Shown: positions 36,301-49,888 of the stretch, one piece after another
How positions within the stretch are numbered: the stretch's first letter is position 1
How the letters are laid out: each line of letters opens with the position of its first letter
Assembly: GCA_003971905.1 (NCBI GenBank)
Contig: RSEE01000035.1
Span: 124,001 to 188,000, forward strand
DNA length: 64,000 nt
Reading direction: 5' to 3'
From: Moniliella sp. 'wahieum'
Taxonomy: Eukaryota
Made by a program: the position numbers and the translations under genes
The notes under the pieces: generated by a model
Databases searched by the model: none
Seen by the model: the letters and a program-made list of their open reading frames with translations, nothing else
Told to the model about the DNA's origin: nothing

Positions 36301-39300
36301 TGGAATCCTCCTTCTCGTTTCGCAAAACAATCTGGGGACGCAACAAGACGCACACAGTGCTCATGCGCACATCAAAGTCAGGGTGGATCCCAGACGTAGC
36401 GTCAAACTGCTCCGGAACCGAGGTCTGTTGGTCCAAGCCCAAGCCCGATGCGCTTTTGTCTCCCAATGGGTTAAACGATTGCATGGTATCGCGCAGCATG
36501 TTACGTAGCTGTCCGAGACCCCCTTCTTCCGGATTGTGCTCTCGTTGACCATGCCGCCGTGAACCTGCTGGGGATCCAACCAAGTCCTCCATGGACGGTC
36601 TTCCCTCGCTCGGTAAATCCAACGAGCGAGAGCCCAAGTCCAATTCGCGGATGGTGCGAAGGGCCTGGGCCTTAAGGTAATGGGCAAACCCTCTCCGATC
36701 ACGATTGCTGTGATAGTACTTGGTCAAGATCCCACGAGTCACGTCACTAACGAGAACAACAGGGCAATGGAACAGGTACCGATTGGAAAACAAGGACCAC
36801 TGTTCTTGAATCTCCTTGACTTCTTTTGCCCATTCTTGCTCGTCCAAACTTTCTCCCAGGCCGGACACGTTGATGGGGAGGGGGAGGGGGCGCGGTCGAG
36901 GTTGAAGAGGAGAGAAGGTCCTCTGCGGTTGAGGAAGCGAATCGGCCTCTTGCAAAATGGTATAATATCGCGTCAACAGGTTCATGTTGCGCCGTTCCTA
37001 AAAGAGAGAACGGGGTCAGTGCTCTGATTCCTCCAACGAAATAAGTGCCATAGAAAAGGTAACATACCTCGACCGATTGATCCGTCTGTTGACGAAGGTC
37101 GCGCAGTCGCTGCCGAACGATCTTTTGCTGGTACTGATTGACCGTGGGCGTATGTCCAATCAAGCACGTGTGGGTATCTTCGTAGCCAAATTTGCTCTCG
37201 GTGGCAAACATGACACTGCGGTGTGTGGGACGAGGCCGGGTTGGATCCCCCCCGTCTTCATCCGTGTCGGAGAGACCACTCTCGGCCAACTGCTCGGTCA
37301 CCTCCTTGCGGGTACGCAGCTTCTTGTAGTAGTTAAACGCCGGGCATCGCAGCACCGTCTCGGTACGGCCACGGCTGGTTGGAGGAGCCGACGTACGCCG
37401 ACCGACATAGGCTCCCAGTTCAACATAATCGTCCAAGTCCCACCAACCATCGTTGCTATCCGAAGCATCCGGTCCGCTCCGCAAGAACCGGTCAGCAGCC
37501 GTCTCTTGAGCCTCGTCATCGTCCTCATCGACATGCTCGCCGTCTCTGCCCGGGTATGTGGATTGAGGGAAGCCAGTGACCGGGTCGGCCATCTCGGCAC
37601 AGACAGCCCGCACTTCAAATCCAGCAAAGTTGACCTCGAGCTCATTAATGGGTTTGTGCAAGACCTTCTTTTTCTCACCTAGACCCTTGCGCTCGATTTC
37701 CGTGGCCTGTTGCCGTTGATGCACATCCACATCAAACTTGTCGACACGGCACTTGAGCCCGACATAGAGTGCCGCATTCTTTTCGTACCGCTCGATGTCT
37801 TGCTGGAGGTAAACATGGCTGAAGTAGAGAGGGGCTAAATCCAGACGGTATTTGATGGTGGCCAGGTGAGGGCCAAACTTGGGTGGACGTTGAGGAGTAT
37901 CAAACAGCTTGCCTTGCCGAATCGGCAGACCCAAGGAGCTGCTGCGATACAAGTTCATCCATGCCCAAAAGTGAGCCGAAGTCAACGGCGTGATGTGCAG
38001 GCTGTTAGCCTTGGTGTCCGACGCAGGTTTCGCCACTTCATGCGAGCGCACCCCAATGGTGAAATGAATGTGGTCGTGGCGCCAACCCATGTACGAGTCC
38101 CGCTGTAAAAAACATATCCAAGTCAGTTACCCGAAGCAGAAGAACAGCGGCTAACATACGCGTTGCTCCACAGGCCGATTTTTAAGGTAGTCAGGTGCCT
38201 TGGTGACTACTTGCCAGTGGGAGATGTGGTCCCAGAACCGGCACTTGCGGTTGAAGGGTTCGCCTTGGCAACGTGGCGTGTTGCGACAGTCCCACTTGCT
38301 GCACGTACGTTCAAGACGGAAGCCCAGTCCCCAGGTGACGACTCCGGCCAAGTGCCAGACAGTTTTTTGAAGGCGCAAATCGATCTCGTGCCAGCTCATG
38401 TCCGTCCCGTACGCATTAAGAATGGGCAGACCAGCCAAAGAGTGGGTTGGGTGCAAATCGAATCCAGCAGGAGAAGTGGGGCCGATGTCGATGCCAAGAC
38501 CTTGGCTCGATCGCTGAGCCTCCTGGCTTGCAGCACCATCGGGACCATAGGAGGTCAAGTCGGGAATGCCAAGGATAAACTTGCTCGACTTGAACTGCAG
38601 CACCTCTTTCTCTGGATTGTCGCGGCCAAAGGTGACGGTAACGCCCTTGTGCCAGCACATGACCCAGCCAGCGCCATACCCATCGAGAGCGTACGGATCC
38701 CGCAATTTGAGGTACAGACGAACTCCACTTTGCGACATTCCTTGCCGTTCCCCTTCGGTGGGGGGAAGACGAACGAAAGTTCTCCATGAAAGAGAAGGGG
38801 AAGTTTGTCCCAGAAACCAATTTTGGGGGAAGGGTCAGTAGGAGGTCGTGAGAAAGAGTCAAACGTTCGGACCATGTCTGCCACTGCCGCCTGGTAGCTT
38901 GCACCCCACGATACATGTAAGGGCCGGCCACTTCGGATGGTCACGACCGGTGCACCAAACCACTTGGTAGGCAAGGAGACCTTGGGAACACTGATCGTAT
39001 ACGAGGCCAGGTGGGCTCTGTGCCGAAAGCGACCCCAAAATGGAGGCAGGCACATACCGTGTCGACTCGGGACCGCCCATTTGCTCAGCGATGCAAATGT
39101 CGCCCTCCATCACCACAGGTACAGGTGCGCGTCCGGTCGCCCGTCGATGAATCCGAAACAGCGATATCGGAAGAGACATGGACCAAGGGGAGAGGGTAAT
39201 CGCGAATCTGCATCAGCGCCTCGTCCATCTCCCAATGGAAATGAAACGGGACACAGATCGCGAACCGCAAGTGAGGGGAATGGGTCCCCCGTGCTTGGTG

Positions 39301-42300
39301 ATAAACGCACGCGTGTTCTCACGGGAAAACAACGGCTCAGACAGGTTGATCAAGGGATTGGAAAAGACCATACGGAACAGAGGAGGGGCAGCGGGGCGTG
39401 AGACCACGTCGACGAACCACGGATGGCCCATACTCTTGTCCTTTTCCTTGGTCCTGATCCGGCTGACCGGCCGCACCATGTGGAGACCGGTTATGGCTGC
39501 GAGTCGGGGTACGCTGGAACAAACGGGAGCGGAAGGAAACTTCGCGCTGTTGTTGAATTTCCGTCACGGTTCGAATTCGCCTCATCCACGAGATTGCGTC
39601 GTACTCGGCAAGGCGGGAGGCAGCTTCGCGGACAATCGTAGCAGGATCCACCGGAGGGGGGTTGGATGCCAACGTGCTCACCCCTGTGGAAGTGGAACTG
39701 GGACGAGAAGAGCCATTGTGTGTGTGCTTGAAGACTTCTGTCATCTTGTCGTCAAAGGCGGCTGCGCGTTCGAGGCGACGCAAACCTCCTGCTTACCCGC
39801 ACACAGGATTCGTCCCAAGGCCGATTCGAATGGGTCATCCTCGCCTTCTAGGACGACTTGGGCAAACGCCAATTGGATTCGAGGCATTCGGATAGGCGCT
39901 TGCTCGGTGGGCGACAACCAGTTGCCCGAATGGCCCAAGAGAATCTCGTGAACCAATTGCTTGATCGCCTTGATGCTCACCGTCGTGGCGTCCACCAACT
40001 CATACAAACGGTAGTTGTAAGGGATGGACAACAGCAAACTGTCCCCATTGACGGTGATAGCGGTTGGGTACCGCCCTGGAACAAGGGGAAGCGTACAACG
40101 GCCGTTCCATTCTTGTTACGAACCATCTCACTAAACGTGGATTCGAATGGCAAGTTGGCCCCGCCAATCGGCGGCGGGTGGATTCGCTTGGGAGCACCAA
40201 CAAGTTCCTCCCAATGGACCTGCAAGGGTGTGTGTGGTCGCCACACGGCTCGGAGCCCACGAGCACCAACAAAGCACTCCATGCCCAATGGCAATGAGAT
40301 GGGGATGTTAATGTGACGCACCGTCACATTTACCTCCCACGTTCGCTTGAGGGGCGTGGGCGTCTCCCCCGAGGCGTAGACTCACCCGATTCCACAGAGG
40401 GGGAGGGGAAGGCGAGTGTGTCTCTGGATCGATAGGAGCAGGAGAGGAGAGGCTCTTGCGCAAGCCGGCAATTCGTCGCAGCCCCGCCCCGGCCATCAAG
40501 AGACAGTAAATATGACTTAATCGGATGAACAGGCCCAGCGGCTCGGCCAAGTCGATGTTGAAGCTGACTAGCGACTGGTCTTCCAACCCAAATCCAGTGG
40601 GCGTTCGGCCTCGTCGGCTGGCGTAAATATGCCGCTGCTTCTCTGCCAAAACAGGACGGAGTGTGAGGATGAGGCGGGTGCTGGGCAAATCAAAGATGGT
40701 CTTGTCGGAAGGGTCGATGGGTACCGGGGTGCAATCCGGGTCCAGATCCGGAACGACCGCTTCTGGCTGCACAGCACTCAACTTTAACCCGTTGAAAGTG
40801 AGCAGTGTGGTTGAGGTGCGAGGCCCGTAGACCCCAGTCACGGTAGCAGCTCGATCCAAAGCAGTTTGTTCCAACCCGAACGTTTGGCGCGGGTCCCAAG
40901 AAAAGCGAGGTGTCTTGGAGGGACGAACAGGGCATTTTGCCGTTTCGAGCGTAGCACGAGCAAGGAAGACGCTGACACCCACCGAGGAAGGAGACCGGGC
41001 CTGGTCCACCGTAGCCAAAACCAGTTCCGCATCACGCAGAGCCAAGGTATGGACGTACTTGCGCAACGCCCATCCTGCCGTCGTAGTCTCAGCCGACACA
41101 GTAGGGGTTACATCCTTCGAGGCAGGCAGAGCCAATCCCAGAACCATAGCTGCCAGGACGTCCCAAGCGTCTGAGTTGTTGACGCGAAGGGTCAATCCCT
41201 CAATGAGGGTATGGGACGAGATTTCGCCCTGGTCCAACGCAACTACAGGCAGTCGATGGATGGGCCACCCTCCCGTGGACGGACCTGAACCCGGGGGCAA
41301 TAGACCCACTGGCTGCAACGAGGATAGGAGGCCTCGAGCGCACCTGAGCACCGCGCCTCGATGAGCGGGACACGGACCAGTGAGGTGAACACAGACCCTC
41401 CCTGTGGCCCTCCCAACAGTTTCCACCGGTCCCAATTGAGCGTGGGTGTCAAACACATACTGGGATAAGGAGCACATCTCATCGCGCTGAGTTGGTGCCG
41501 GGGCAAAGTGTCCATGCAAAGCCAGATCCACCGAAGGAAGAGTGAGCCGAGTCAGCTGTCGCCCCACAGACAATGTACGAGAACGTCGACGGCGGTGCGA
41601 CTTGGACTCCGTCGGGACAGCGGGGGCTGTCGCTGGAGGTGGAGCAGGAAGTTCCGTCTCCATTGACACCTCCCCGATATGCAAGCCCAGGTGGAGTTGT
41701 GGTAATCGGACTGTGGGAGAGCCAGAGGGAGGGGGGGGGAGCTGCGACGTGGCTTGGGGGCATGTTCACGTGCCCGCAGAATGGCCAGAAGCGGTTCGGG
41801 AAGACAGATTGTTGCCTTGTCAACCGCCACATCCGTATAGACAGTGCATTGGGGGTAATCGTGTGGCTCAGGCCTGTCCCAAGAAGGATCTGGTTCCGCC
41901 TCGATCGGCGTAGACGAAGATGGGACGGGAGGGACGGGAGAGGGTGATCTGCTAGGACGGTGGGACCAGCGTCGGCTCCGCTCCACTCGAGGCGGGAGTA
42001 ACATGCGCGCCGGGATGGAAACCGCCGACGTGATTTGGATCGGCCCAATTGAGGCAGCACAGACCCCCCCCGGGGCCAGACGGACTTGGACGGCTTGCAT
42101 AGACAACGTGCCATGCAACAAGATGGGTGGTATGGGGCGCGGAGATTTTCGTCCAAGCCTATGCGGCCGGGGCAAGTGGGATAGGGAGCCTCGAGAACGG
42201 CCAACCGATTGTGGAGGTTGCGATGAGGCGAGCGAAGTAGATGGCGCAACTGCTGTGCCCGGCCGCTTGGTCAGTTCTTGCTCGGTCGGTGCGGTGACTG

Positions 42301-43918
42301 TGGGTAGAAGTTTCGAGCCACTGAACACAGAGAGGCTCGTCGGGAGCAGCCCGCCGCACGGCCACCTTTGCCGATCGAACATCAGACGCCAAAGCCTGAA
42401 ACCCGCCTGTTCCAGTGGAAGCAGGCCCATGAATCGAAGAAATATGCCGCACGAAAGGAAGAGACAGAGAAGCCCTTTCCAATGCCGTGACAGCATCATA
42501 CAATCCCGATGATGGTGGACGCAAGGGAGCTGGCTTGGCCGGCTTTGGATCCATGGGACTTGCGGGCCAAGAGGTGGAGCGCATCCACGCCAACCACTGT
42601 TGGGGCCAAGCGGACATCCAGTTTCACCGGGCCCGGTCGAGGTGATTGGGGGCTGGGAGACCGGCCACGAGGCGTGCTCAACTTTGGTACATCTGGATCT
42701 CCGACGCGGAGGGACAAGGTTGCCTTCGTGGTGTCTGGGGCAAAGATGATTCGTTGTTCGCATGGGATTGTGTTGGGCATCCCCGAAGAGAGTGTGCCAG
42801 GGTGAGATGGTTGCTGTCCCACGTGCGCGGATGACAGCCAGGGTGTTCTCCGGGAACAGTCCAGAGCGCTTCAAGAGATCGCTTGTCCGCGGGGACGTTC
42901 AACTCAGCCAACGCTGTCGTGGTGTATGTCGCGACGGTGGTGATAAACAACTGGATCGACAGCGTGCCAGCTGGCAAACGGGAAAGCCAAGTGGTTGCGG
43001 TCACCTTGGTGGGAGTAAGACCGGGGCCTGAGAGTGTGTACGTTGCCGCCACACGAGCCTGAGTGATCCTTGTGATGACGGGGGGAAGCGGATCCACTTC
43101 GAGACCACCCTCTGAACCGACTTGCCCGGCCGCGGACCCATAATGATCTCGCCGCCTTCGAGACGAATGTCGATCACGCGGGAAGCAAAAGGAAGAGCGT
43201 GCATCGACGCTCGCAGAGCCGCAGCAACCAATTTACTCGCCACCGAGGCACACTTCCCTGCAGCAATCAACACTGGGCGCGGGACGCATGTTGCGATGCT
43301 ACGCCAGACCGAAGCTTTGTTCCGGGTAGAAGAAGGCCTCTGCGTGGGGGTAGGTTGGCTGTCTGGGTGAAGGTAAATATGAGTTCTTGACGATCAAAGT
43401 GAGCCACGGTTGAGGCGTATGGGGCTCTGTTTTCGTATGTTCGTCCCCCTCTGTATCTGGGCTCGAGTTCGATGGAACGACTGGAGGCTGCTCCGCGGCT
43501 GGGGCTGATTCAAAGGCAGGGCAGGACATGGATCAGATGCAATTTAGTCCGGGGGGGGGGGTACAGACAGAAGAGGGGATGCGTACCAGATCTGTTCACA
43601 CGCAGGGCAATGTGCTCGACGTGCAACTCAGCGGAAGCCAGGGTGAGGTGCAGGCGGTGGATGCCGCGGGCGCCGATGCGGCCGATGCGGACATGGGGGC
43701 GGATGGCCAAGGCAATCGCGCGCGGGGTGACGTAGGGGATGGTAAAGCGGAAGACGACGGCAAGGGCAATGAGGACAGAGAGGAAGAGGAGGAGACTGCG
43801 GGTGCCAAACAAATACGCGCCCAACGCAGCGGCCAAGACAGCGAAGGTGGTGGCGGTCCAGCCCAGCTCGAGGCTGCTGTTGGGCACCGGGGGCAGGTGG
43901 GGGGGAGGACGGGATCAT
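33302..43918 (-). CDS. FMP27: FMP27/Hobbit (BLTP2, KIAA0100/SABRE/APT1 family) bridge-like lipid transfer protein; at least three short introns, many frameshifts; ends approximate
   Basis: N-terminal TM anchor; AISWMRRI (SW domain); IRDYPLPL; PPTDPSPKIGFWDKLPLLFHG; LRDPY..DGYGAG; PPKFGPHLATIKY; Apt1-type end FILVRIPQTVFCLSFKGAKDKSITDLYD...EYHNQTWSYEDL; GTATGT introns near 38103-38159, 36998-37067 and 34300-34355. Confidence 0.9.
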
Positions 43919-44413
43919 GTTCAGAACGCGTGCACGCCCGCGGGCGAGAGGAGGAGGTTGCGGCGGTCGCAACAAAGGCCACGGCAGGGATGGTGGCGAT
44001 GGCGGTGGGGGTGGGGGTGGTGGGGGTGGGGTGATGGCGGTGGGGCGAGGCAGGCAGCTGTGGCCAAAAAAGAGGCAGCCAGAGCCACGCCGCAGGGCAG
44101 CCATCCATGCGCACCCCAGCGCGCGGGAACAAGCCATGCCACATGTGACGCATGTGTGATGTGTGCTACGTCCCAGGCGGCACGCACACGGCCCCACGTC
44201 ACACATCTGTCACAACCGCTGGCCCCTACCTAGTCCCACGCACTTGCCCGTCCCAGCCTGGCCTCCGCAAATCCTATCCGGCAGAAGCGTCCACGTCGCA
44301 ATGTCCTCTGTCCCAACACCTCCAACGCATCTGGCCAGACACAGGGTGTATAGTAATAGCAGTAGTAGTAGCGGTAGTAGTATATGCAGAACGCCACCCG
44401 CGCCTCCGCCCGC

Positions 44414-46398
44414 CTAGTCCAACCTGGGCGACGGTGGGCGATGCGTGGGACACCGACGCCGCGAGCGAGCCAAGCTTGGAGGCACGGCTGGTGGAACACG
44501 CACAAGCACGCCATGCGCGCCACCGCTTGCCCCACCTCAAACTCCTCCATGCAAATCGGGCACTCGTCACCGACCAGCCGGTTGCCGGGCGCAAGCGTGT
44601 CGGGCGCGTAGCGCGAGTAGGTCGCCTGGTGCGTGTTGTGCAGGCGCGGGTGCGGCCGAGCAGGCGTCGGCACGGCCATCTGGCGCGGGAAGCGCACGAA
44701 TCCCACTGGCGGTCAACAGGGCGGTAGTGGAAGACTCGACGCAGGCTCGCACGTGCTCCTCCAGCTGCTCCGTCTGCCCCACCGGTGCAACAGGTAACGT
44801 GCACACGGGACACTCTAGCATCGCCGCTCGAGCGGCAGGGGGGCGACGAGGCACAGACGAAGGTACTGGCGCGCGTGCGTGGGCGTGGTCATGGGCATGG
44901 GCATGGGCGGAGAGAGCGGGATACCGGGGTCGAAGGGGGTCCAAACAAGTGAGAGGAAACGTAGTGCGAAAAGCATTGCGATCCCGCCCTTCGTAACTCG
45001 TCGAACTGCTCGAACGCTCGATCCTTCGCGCCGTCGCGGGCGCGGTGGAAGGGGCGGTCCGCATGGCCCCGGAAGGTGAACCAAGAGCGTGCGGAAAAGG
45101 ATCCGTCGGCTCCACAGGCTGTTGGGGCCCTAGAATCAGAGCACAGTCGTCACACACCCGTACGGATCAGACTCCGTGTCGTCAGGTGGGGACGGTATAG
45201 GTGGCGGTACGGAGATGCTGCGGGTGTGGGTCGGAGCAGAAGAAGCCATGCTGCGGGGCGAATCATAATCCATACTGGGAGGAAGCGCAATCAGGTGCTG
45301 GGGAGAATCGCCCGACAACGAGTACACTGTGCACAGCACACGCGTCCGCACGAACGACAATGGTGTCGTCGAGTAAAGAGGCTGAAAATGTGGTGGCAAA
45401 GATGACATTCGGATGTGGCCGAATCGGGCTCCCATGCGGCAGGGCCCTCCAGCCAGACGGGCCGAGAAGGAACCAGCGACGTCGGAAATGAAGAGGACGA
45501 GTGATCTGGCTGCGAAATAGACATCCACGGTGCAGCTGGGACTGGCACCGATATGGGACCAGGTGGTGGTGGCGGCAGTCGTGCGGGGCGCGCGATTGCA
45601 TCAACGCGGCTCTCGGGGGAGTCTGGCTCAGTTGGTACAGATGCCGACAGACCCCTCGTCACACCTTGGCTGTGATTGGGGCTGCTAACCAAGATAGGGG
45701 ACGATTGGGACTGGGCATCCCGAGGATCGGACATGGCCTGTCCCACCGAACTTGAAGTAGGGCGAGAAGTGCTGCATGCGGATGACGGTTCAAAACTCAA
45801 AGTGGACGAGATGGAGACGAAGGATCAGGGGCTGGAATATGATTCAAGGCGGAGCCCAAGACGTCTGGCTCAGAGTGGGACACACGACGAGTCTCATCGG
45901 TAGGAACAGAGGCAGACGCAGTAGACGAAGCATGCGGCGGGGCAGGGAAAGGCGGGTCGTCCAGCGAAAACGAAACCAGCCTGTCCTCCTCGAGGGTGGG
46001 AGGAAACAGGTGGGTATGGGTCAGCTGGAAGGAACGTGAAAACCATCTGCGGCTGGGACGGCAGCAAGGGCGGGTAAAGTGGGATGAGAGAGGACGGATG
46101 GCTCGGGGTAGCTGGGTTGGTTGGGCTCTGAATTGGTGGAAGAATCGCTGGCGGACAAGGAGGACGAAGGAGACGAGTAGGCGGACAGATCAGCATCAGT
46201 AAACTGGGAGGGATCAGGCAGTTGCGCAGACGGCAGGTTGTCTGTCAACGTGCTCGTCGTTGATGGGTGTAGTGGAGGCGCACAAGCCGGGCGCGAGGGG
46301 GAGGCGACCGCCTGATCACACGTGGAGGAGGGGGACATGGACGCCTTGGCCGCACGCAGAACAGGTGGTCGCCGCGGGAGATGGTCGAGGGTGCTCAT
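44414..46398 (-). CDS. PIB1: FYVE + RING-H2 E3 ubiquitin ligase (Pib1-like); start uncertain; frameshifts
   Basis: FYVE: WEPDSATSECHLCHHIFSLFTRRHHCRSCGRVCCAQC...VCDDC; ECPVC..EEHVRAC; RING-H2: ECPICMEEFEVGQAVARMACLCVFHQPCLQAW..CPTH. Confidence 0.88.
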
Positions 46399-46875
46399 GG
46401 CGGGAGTAAGGAGCAAGGCGGAGGGTGGTGGTGGTGGTGGGGGGTGGGGGTGGGGGGGTGTGGTGAGGGGGGCGACGCGACAATGGCTTGCGCTTTGGCC
46501 TGGGCAGGCTGCCGGTGTGGGAGCGGGAGGGGTGCCCGGTGCGTACCCTCGTGTGGGTCGCAGTCGAGAGGCGCCATGGGCTCTGACAGTCACCGATCGG
46601 TGGCGCCGCGGGGGGAGGCCGAGTGCCAGGCGCCTCGCCACAGCCCCCGCAGAGCCACCGCTTGCCACCGCTCGCCCCGTGCTGATGTATGCAGGGGTTA
46701 CCGGTTATATTTGATCGATGATCCATCCGCTAGTACAGCAGCTATCACTTACCAGCAGAGCAGCACAATTCTACAGTCTGGCCAGCGTCCCCACCGCATC
46801 TCCCTCTTCTTACTACAACCCCCCAATCATTAATCAACCCCCCCCTCCATCCACACATCAGAGATATATGCGCGT

Positions 46876-49634
46876 TTACAGATCATCAAAGAAGCCCGCC
46901 TTGGCGCGCTTGGACCCGGTGCCTTCGCCTGCGTCCTCCTCGTCGCTCACCGCGCCCCCGCGCTTCCGCCGCCGCTTTGCCGCCCGTTCCTCCGCCGCCC
47001 AGTCGTCCTCGTCGTCCGAGTCGGACGCATGGGCCGTCTGGGCGCGCGTGGCGCTCTGGGCTGCTCGTTGCGCGTCCTGCGCCGCCGCCTCCTCCGGGTG
47101 CGCCTTGCGCCACGCCCTCTTGGCCGCCTTGAGCGTGCGCCGCTTGAGCTTGATTTCTTGCCGCCGCTTCTTGTCGCTCCAAGCCGCGCCGACCACCACC
47201 GAGGAACCCTCGGCGACCGGCGCGCCCTTCTTGGCTACCTTATTCGCCTCGTCCTCCGCTGCCTTGGCTGCTGCCTCGGCTGCCTTGGCTGCCTTGGCCT
47301 CCAGCTCGCGCTGCCGCTTAGCTTCCTTGGCCGGGTTCTTGTACAGCACAGCATCCATCTCCGCGGGAGAGAGATCGTCAAAGTCGAGATCGGGCGCCTG
47401 GTTGGTCGTATCCAGCGCATCCTTTGCTGTCTCGGGGGAAGGCTCACTGTCTTGTACCGTGGGTGCCTCCTCTTCCTCCTTGGCATTCTTCACGTCCCCT
47501 GCCCCGTTTCCACCATGGGCATCGACAGTCTCCGCCTCGCCGTTGGCCACCTTGGCCGTAGCCGTAGCCTTGGCTGCAGCTGCCAGTTCAGCTCGAGCAG
47601 CAGCTCGCTTGCGCGCTTCTCGTAGCTCCGGCATCGCCGGCAGACGAAGCAAACCGTATGCATGCGCAAGAGCCTGTAAGCGCAAAGCCGGGAGAAAAGG
47701 AACGCAGTCTCGTGCTTGCTGTACGCCCGGACGTAGCTCACGAACGACTTCATGGCCCAGTCGTGCACTTGCCGGTCATCCTTGGCCATCTGTCGTAACC
47801 TTGTGCGAAGTTCCTGTGCATACTCGTCTTCTGCCTCGGGTTCCTTCCCTACAACAGGGACCGAGTCTGGACCGCTCACCCTGCCTGTCAGGTACGGGTA
47901 GGGGTACAACGGGACCCTGCGAACGCGTAAAAACGTAGTGTAGCCTTCCTCTGGCCCACGATGAAGCAGGACCACAGCCCTGCCCGTCCGGCCCGCACGG
48001 GCAGTGCGTCCGACACGATGGGTAAAGGTTGCGGGTTCCAAAGGCGGATCAAACTGCACTACGCACCCAACTCCAGGCAAGTCCAACCCGCGAGCAGCCA
48101 CATCCGTACAGAGCAACACGCAAGGTCCAGAGCGGCCAGTAACGTCACCCCCCGTATCGCCTTCGGCTGGGCCCAGTGCTTCCAAGAGCTCGTCCGACGT
48201 GTCATCGTCCCTTCCGGGGACGCGAGCTTGGGCAAAGTTGTGAAAGACGGCACGGCGGCGAATAGGGCTCTGCTGACCATGCAAGCTAAAGAGCCGGATC
48301 CCTGGTAAGACCTCGGCCCTGGTCAGAGCATGATAAAAGTATTCCACCTGAGCACAGGTGGCAAAGTAGACAATCACCTTGCCTGCCCCACTTGGCCTCA
48401 GGCCACGCTGGTCCGAACTGGATGGGGCAGGTGGGAGTTTGGTTTCAAAAGATAATATGCGAACCAGTTCTGCTAGTCGGTTCTCCTCTCGACAGACCAA
48501 AGCGTAGTTCTCGAGCGTAGAGGGTACTGCAATGGTGGCAGGCTTGTTGTTTGCCGTAGCTTGTTGCTTTGCCGTGGCGGACTTGGCCTGCACCGCGACG
48601 CTGATCCGGGCCGGGTTGCGCATTCCCATAGCAGCCAGACGATTGACAACGGGCGCAATGGTCGCTGAGAACAAAGCCGTACGCCGCTGCGTAGGAAGTG
48701 CATTCATAATCACCTGCAGTGCATCCGCATTCTTCTCGTCCAGCATTCGATCGGCCTCGTCCAGAACGAGGAGCTCCACCCCCTGCGCATGTTTTCCAGG
48801 CCGAGACAAGAGTGCCACGATCCGGCCTGGTGTGCCGATCAACACATCAGGCCGTACATCGCGGTATCGAGACCAATCCTCAGCGGGGGACATGGCCGCA
48901 CCATTTCCACTGCCCGCCGAGCCACCGACAACCAACTGAGCAGTCAAGGGCGGAGTGGACCGCAGGTAGGCCAAATCGGCCTCGGAATCAGCAGGATCTT
49001 CCGAAGGTGCCATACCGCGCCGTATCCGCTCTACATCGGTACGCTCGACATAAGCTGCGGCTTCGTCTTTCCCAAGTTTGCCCTTTCCCTTGTAGGCCTT
49101 GATGGCCGCTTGGATGCGCTTGTTCTTGCGAGCCAAGTACCCAGCCTCGAGTGCCGTGCTCGGATGAGCCTTGAGCACATCGGAAACGACCCCATGGATC
49201 TGTCGAGCAAGCTCACGAGTGGGAGCTACAATGACCGCCATCAAGGACCGGTTCGAGCGGCGCTCCGAGGGAGTAGGCAGGGGGGCAGTCAAGCCAGCTT
49301 CTTCAGACTCCGAGGGAGGAGCCTCTCCATAGAAGGCAGCGCGCTCGCGGATTTCCTCCAGCTTTTCTTTGCGGGAAGCGCTTTCAGCTTCGGCAGCGAC
49401 AGCATGGAGAGATTCTGCTTTCTTGGCCAGAAGCGCAGCAAGAGGCGTAGCAAAGGCGAGCGTCTTGCCGCTGCCCGTAGCCGCCTCGGCAACAATGTCT
49501 TTGCCGCGGAGGAGGAGGGGGACCGCCGATGCCTGGACGGCTGTTGGGACGGGGCCCACAGCGGAGACCAGGTGGTCGGCCAACCAAGCCGGCAAGCCCA
49601 GTCGCTGCCAGGCGTTGTTGTCGGCAGTGCTCAT
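46876..49634 (-). CDS. SPB4: DEAD-box RNA helicase Spb4/DDX55 (60S biogenesis); frameshift near 47690
   Basis: PTAVQA, AEAATGSGKTLAF, APTRELARQI, GTPGR, LDEADRML, QRRTALFSAT, YFATCAQVEYF, TDVAARGLD, HRVGRTARAGR, FVSYVRAYSKHE, LAHAYGLLRLPAMPEL, C-terminal GFFDDL. Confidence 0.94.
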
Positions 49635-49852
49635 CGTGCTGGCGGCAGGTGTCGTCGACAGGACCCAGAGTGGGCTCGCTGCGCTGCCACCCGATGCTAA
49701 AAAATTTAGCGCCGCCGGATCGGTGCAACGCATGGGGCGTCTCGCACCGATTTAGTAGGCCAGCAACAGCGAAGCTGTCCAAGTTTCAACATTTCCACCC
49801 GGCCTTTTTGCACACCCTGATGCCTTGATTTGGCCATAGCCGCCGTTCAGGT

Positions 49853-49888
49853 GGTGGAGGTGGAGGTGGAGGTGGAGGTGGAGGTGGA
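49853..49888. repeat. Microsatellite (GGTGGA)6
   Basis: Read directly in the divergent SPB4/kinase intergenic region. Confidence 0.9.

Noticed and set aside
46718..47938. Long antisense ORFs (406 aa here; also 56040-57263, 18219-19004, 24929-25708)
   Set aside because: Shadow ORFs opposite real genes in high-GC DNA, with no motifs of their own.
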